Part shown: piece by piece, positions 61,749 through 64,000 of the stretch
Position numbering within the stretch: position 1 is the stretch's first letter
Layout: the number at the start of each line of letters is the position of its first letter
Origin: Nitrospirales bacterium
Lineage (GTDB): Bacteria > Nitrospirota > Nitrospiria > Nitrospirales > UBA8639
Direction: 5' to 3'
Assembly: GCA_963555755.3 (NCBI GenBank)
Contig: OY820905.2
Coordinates: 1,440,001-1,504,000, forward strand
DNA length: 64,000 bases
Program-made: the position numbers and the translations under genes
Notes under the pieces: generated by a model
What the model was told of the DNA's origin: nothing
The model's input: the letters and a program-made list of their open reading frames with translations, nothing else
Database searches by the model: none

Positions 61749-63308
61749 TTAATGTCTAAAATGCCGCATGCCCGTCATGATCATCGCCAAATTCTGCTCA
61801 TCCGCCGCTTTTACCACTTCCTCATCACGAATCGAGCCACCAGGTTGAATCACCGTGGTAATTCCGGTCTGAGCTGCAGCATCGAGTCCATCGCGAAATG
61901 GAAAAAAGGCGTCAGATGCCATCACACACCCTTTGATTGGCAAGTTCGCCTTCATCTCCGCGAGTTTCACAGAATCAATACGGCTCATCTGTCCTGCCCC
62001 AATTCCCACCGTTTGGCCTGGCTTCGCAAACACAATGGCGTTGGACTTCACATGCTTGCACACCTTCCAAGCAAACGCACAGGCCGCGTACTCTTCTTCA
62101 CTCGGTGAGCGTTTGGTCGGAACCTTTAAAGTCTTTAAATCAGGAAGCGATCCCAGGTCACGATCCTGCAGGATCAGTCCACCGATCAACTTTTTCCAAT
62201 CAAAGCCATCTGAGGCTTGGCCTTGAAGTGAGCCAACCTCGAGCAGGCGCAAATCTTTTTTTCGTTTCAATTCTGCTAATGCATCTTCGGTAAACTCTGG
62301 CGCAATGAGCACTTCAACAAACGTCGAAGTAACTTCCTTTGCCATGGCGACATCCACTGGCCGATTACACGCAATCACACCGCCAAAAGCTGAAAGTGGA
62401 TCCGTTTCTCTCGCTTTCACATACGCTTCAACCGACGTCGCACCCAAGGCCACTCCACACGGATTGTTGTGCTTGATGATCACCACGGCGGTATCATCAA
62501 ATTCCTTGGCCAACTCCAGAGCTGAGTTGGAATCCAAGTAATTGTTGTAGGACATGGCTTTGCCATGCAGTTGCTTCGCGCCGGAAATCGATGGCTCGGT
62601 TGCACCAACTTCTCGATAAAACGCCCCATCCTGATGAGGGTTTTCGCCGTATCGCAACGTTTCCGCCCGCTCATACGTCAGGGATAACCTGGCAGGAAAT
62701 TTATCCGCAGTACCGTCGGCATTTTGTTGACTCAAATAATTCGCAATGAGGCCATCATACCGCGAAGTATGGTGAAACACCTTTTGCGCCAACTCTCGGC
62801 GGAGGGACGAAGACACGGTTCCAGACTTCAAAGCGTCCAACACCCGGCTATAGTCACTCGGATCAACCACCACAAGCACGTCTTCATGATTTTTCGCGGC
62901 GGATCGAAGCATAGACGGGCCACCGATATCGATATTTTCAATCGCATCTTCGAAGCGACAGTCCGGCTGGGCAATCGTGGATTCAAACGGATAAAGATTC
63001 ACGACCACCACATCGATGGGTACAATGCCCTGCTCCTGCATTTGTTGGACATGATCAGGCCGTCCACGACGACCTAATAACCCACCATGAATCTTGGGAT
63101 GCAGGGTCTTCACCCGCCCATCAAGAATCTCCGGAGAGCCGGTATGCGAAGACACCTCAGTCACGTCCAATCCCGCCTCTCTCAAAGCTTTTGCCGTCCC
63201 GCCGGTAGAAAGAATCGACGCGCCCAAGTCCACTAATCCCTTGGCAATTTCCACAACCCCGGTCTTATCAGACACACTAATTAACACATGGTTCAGTCCA
63301 CCCATCAT
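61749..63308 (-). CDS. purH: Bifunctional AICAR transformylase / IMP cyclohydrolase
   Basis: ISVSDKTG, GRVKTLHP, IDIGGP, LRYGENPHQ, KHNNPCG, SDAFFPF and TGMRHFRH. Confidence 0.97.
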   Translation of the reverse strand: MMGGLNHVLISVSDKTGVVEIAKGLVDLGASILSTGGTAKALREAGLDVTEVSSHTGSPEILDGRVKTLHPKIHGGLLGRRGRPDHVQQMQEQGIVPIDVVVVNLYPFESTIAQPDCRFEDAIENIDIGGPSMLRSAAKNHEDVLVVVDPSDYSRVLDALKSGTVSSSLRRELAQKVFHHTSRYDGLIANYLSQQNADGTADKFPARLSLTYERAETLRYGENPHQDGAFYREVGATEPSISGAKQLHGKAMSYNNYLDSNSALELAKEFDDTAVVIIKHNNPCGVALGATSVEAYVKARETDPLSAFGGVIACNRPVDVAMAKEVTSTFVEVLIAPEFTEDALAELKRKKDLRLLEVGSLQGQASDGFDWKKLIGGLILQDRDLGSLPDLKTLKVPTKRSPSEEEYAACAFAWKVCKHVKSNAIVFAKPGQTVGIGAGQMSRIDSVKLAEMKANLPIKGCVMASDAFFPFRDGLDAAAQTGITTVIQPGGSIRDEEVVKAADEQNLAMIMTGMRHFRH

Positions 63309-63420
63309 GGTTCCCTTTTTAATTAATTCGATCGTGATAAAATGAAAAATCGATGATCAAAACGAGGAGTATGAGCTTATCAAATGGGCAGGTGCTCCGC
63401 AACGGAAAGCCAATATCAAC

Positions 63421-63632
63421 AAATCCGAATCTCGAATATCGAAATCCGAAACAAATTCAAATGACCAAATTCCAAACACCAAAACGGGATTCCGCTGGAT
63501 GCGTAGGGGCTGGCCCTTCGACTGTGCTCAGGTGGTTAGGCTGAAGGCTGAAGGCTGAAGGCTTTTAGGGGGCAATTATGCGTGATCATACAAAACGTCA
63601 AGTGTTAGGAGTAATACCCTTCAGTCTTCAGC
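63421..63632. repeat. Cluster of repeat fragments upstream of purH
   Basis: Half-copy of the 51243 repeat (63421-63476), CCCTTCGACTGTGCTCAGG, and (GGCTGAA)3 ... CTTCAGTCTTCAGCC related to the 58252 filler. Confidence 0.7.
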
Positions 63633-63726
63633 CCAAATATCAAAGGCAACATCGGCCTTCCCAAAATGTCTGACTATCGTGTATACTATGTATCAACATC
63701 ATTGAAAACTGGAAAGGACTGTGAAC

Positions 63727-64000
63727 ATGATCATACAAACAAAAATACAAAAATGGGGTAATGGGCTTGCGTTACGGGTTGCAGGAGCCATGCGGGATAT
63801 TCCCGGATTCCAGGACGGAACCCCTGTTGAGGTCACGGTCACAGACAACGGTCTGAACATTACAAGAGCGAAACGCAAACGGCGGCTCAATCTGCCCTTC
63901 AGCGAAGAACAGCTCTTGGCTGATCTCTCACCCAAAAAAGCTCATGCGGATATTCTTGCAACACCCGTAGCTCATGAAATGGGATTGTTGAATAATTCAC
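63727..64000 (+). CDS. AbrB/MazE-family antitoxin, running off the window end
   Basis: Manual translation MIIQTKIQKWGNGLALRV...FSEEQLLADL...; KWGNxxALR motif; AAGGA RBS; GTATACTATGTATC operator-like site near 63682. Confidence 0.85.
   Translation, partial: MIIQTKIQKWGNGLALRVAGAMRDIPGFQDGTPVEVTVTDNGLNITRAKRKRRLNLPFSEEQLLADLSPKKAHADILATPVAHEMGLLNNS

Noticed and set aside
63309..63420. ZMP/ZTP riboswitch upstream of purH
   Set aside because: No recognisable conserved motif; the upstream region is AT-rich and then repeat-derived.

Overview
Bacterial chromosomal window; the repeat families and flanking hypothetical genes suggest a Nitrospirota (Nitrospirales-like) organism, which is an inference. 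Left end (1-2.4 kb): a HEPN-MNT pair, an RHH-PIN (VapBC-type) pair with a clear promoter/operator, and a disrupted MetG C-terminal/CsaA-like tRNA-binding fragment. 2.6-36.7 kb: a large surface-glycan locus, almost all on the minus strand. It holds KdsD/KpsF, two O-antigen-ligase-like proteins, GT2/GT4 glycosyltransferases, an epimerase, a WecA-like fusion, a PglK-like ABC transporter, an AsnB-like amidotransferase, a nucleotide-sugar dehydrogenase, about 7 SAM methyltransferases, sulfotransferase-like proteins and an uncharacterised ParB/Srx + NDK-like + nucleotidyltransferase-like protein. Many of these genes are frameshifted. 36.6-49.4 kb: a ~12.6 kb accessory segment bracketed by two diverged copies of the kdsD 5' end plus its upstream region, sharing a 23-bp identical core. 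It carries IS66+DUF4338, IS1595, IS5 with a nested IS481, an IS1380 remnant, a twice-interrupted PhyH-like dioxygenase, DUF2726, trypsin-like and FRG genes, and half-attC-like sites. 49.5-64 kb: core-type genes (Gfo/Idh/MocA with a nonsense codon, Kelch protein, comM, ltaE, RfbD-like, tsaC, purD, purH, start of a MazE-type antitoxin) with many MITEs. Several MITE families have different termini but share one internal hairpin core. No rRNA, tRNA or CRISPR array was seen. All family calls come from reading motifs by eye, not from database searches.
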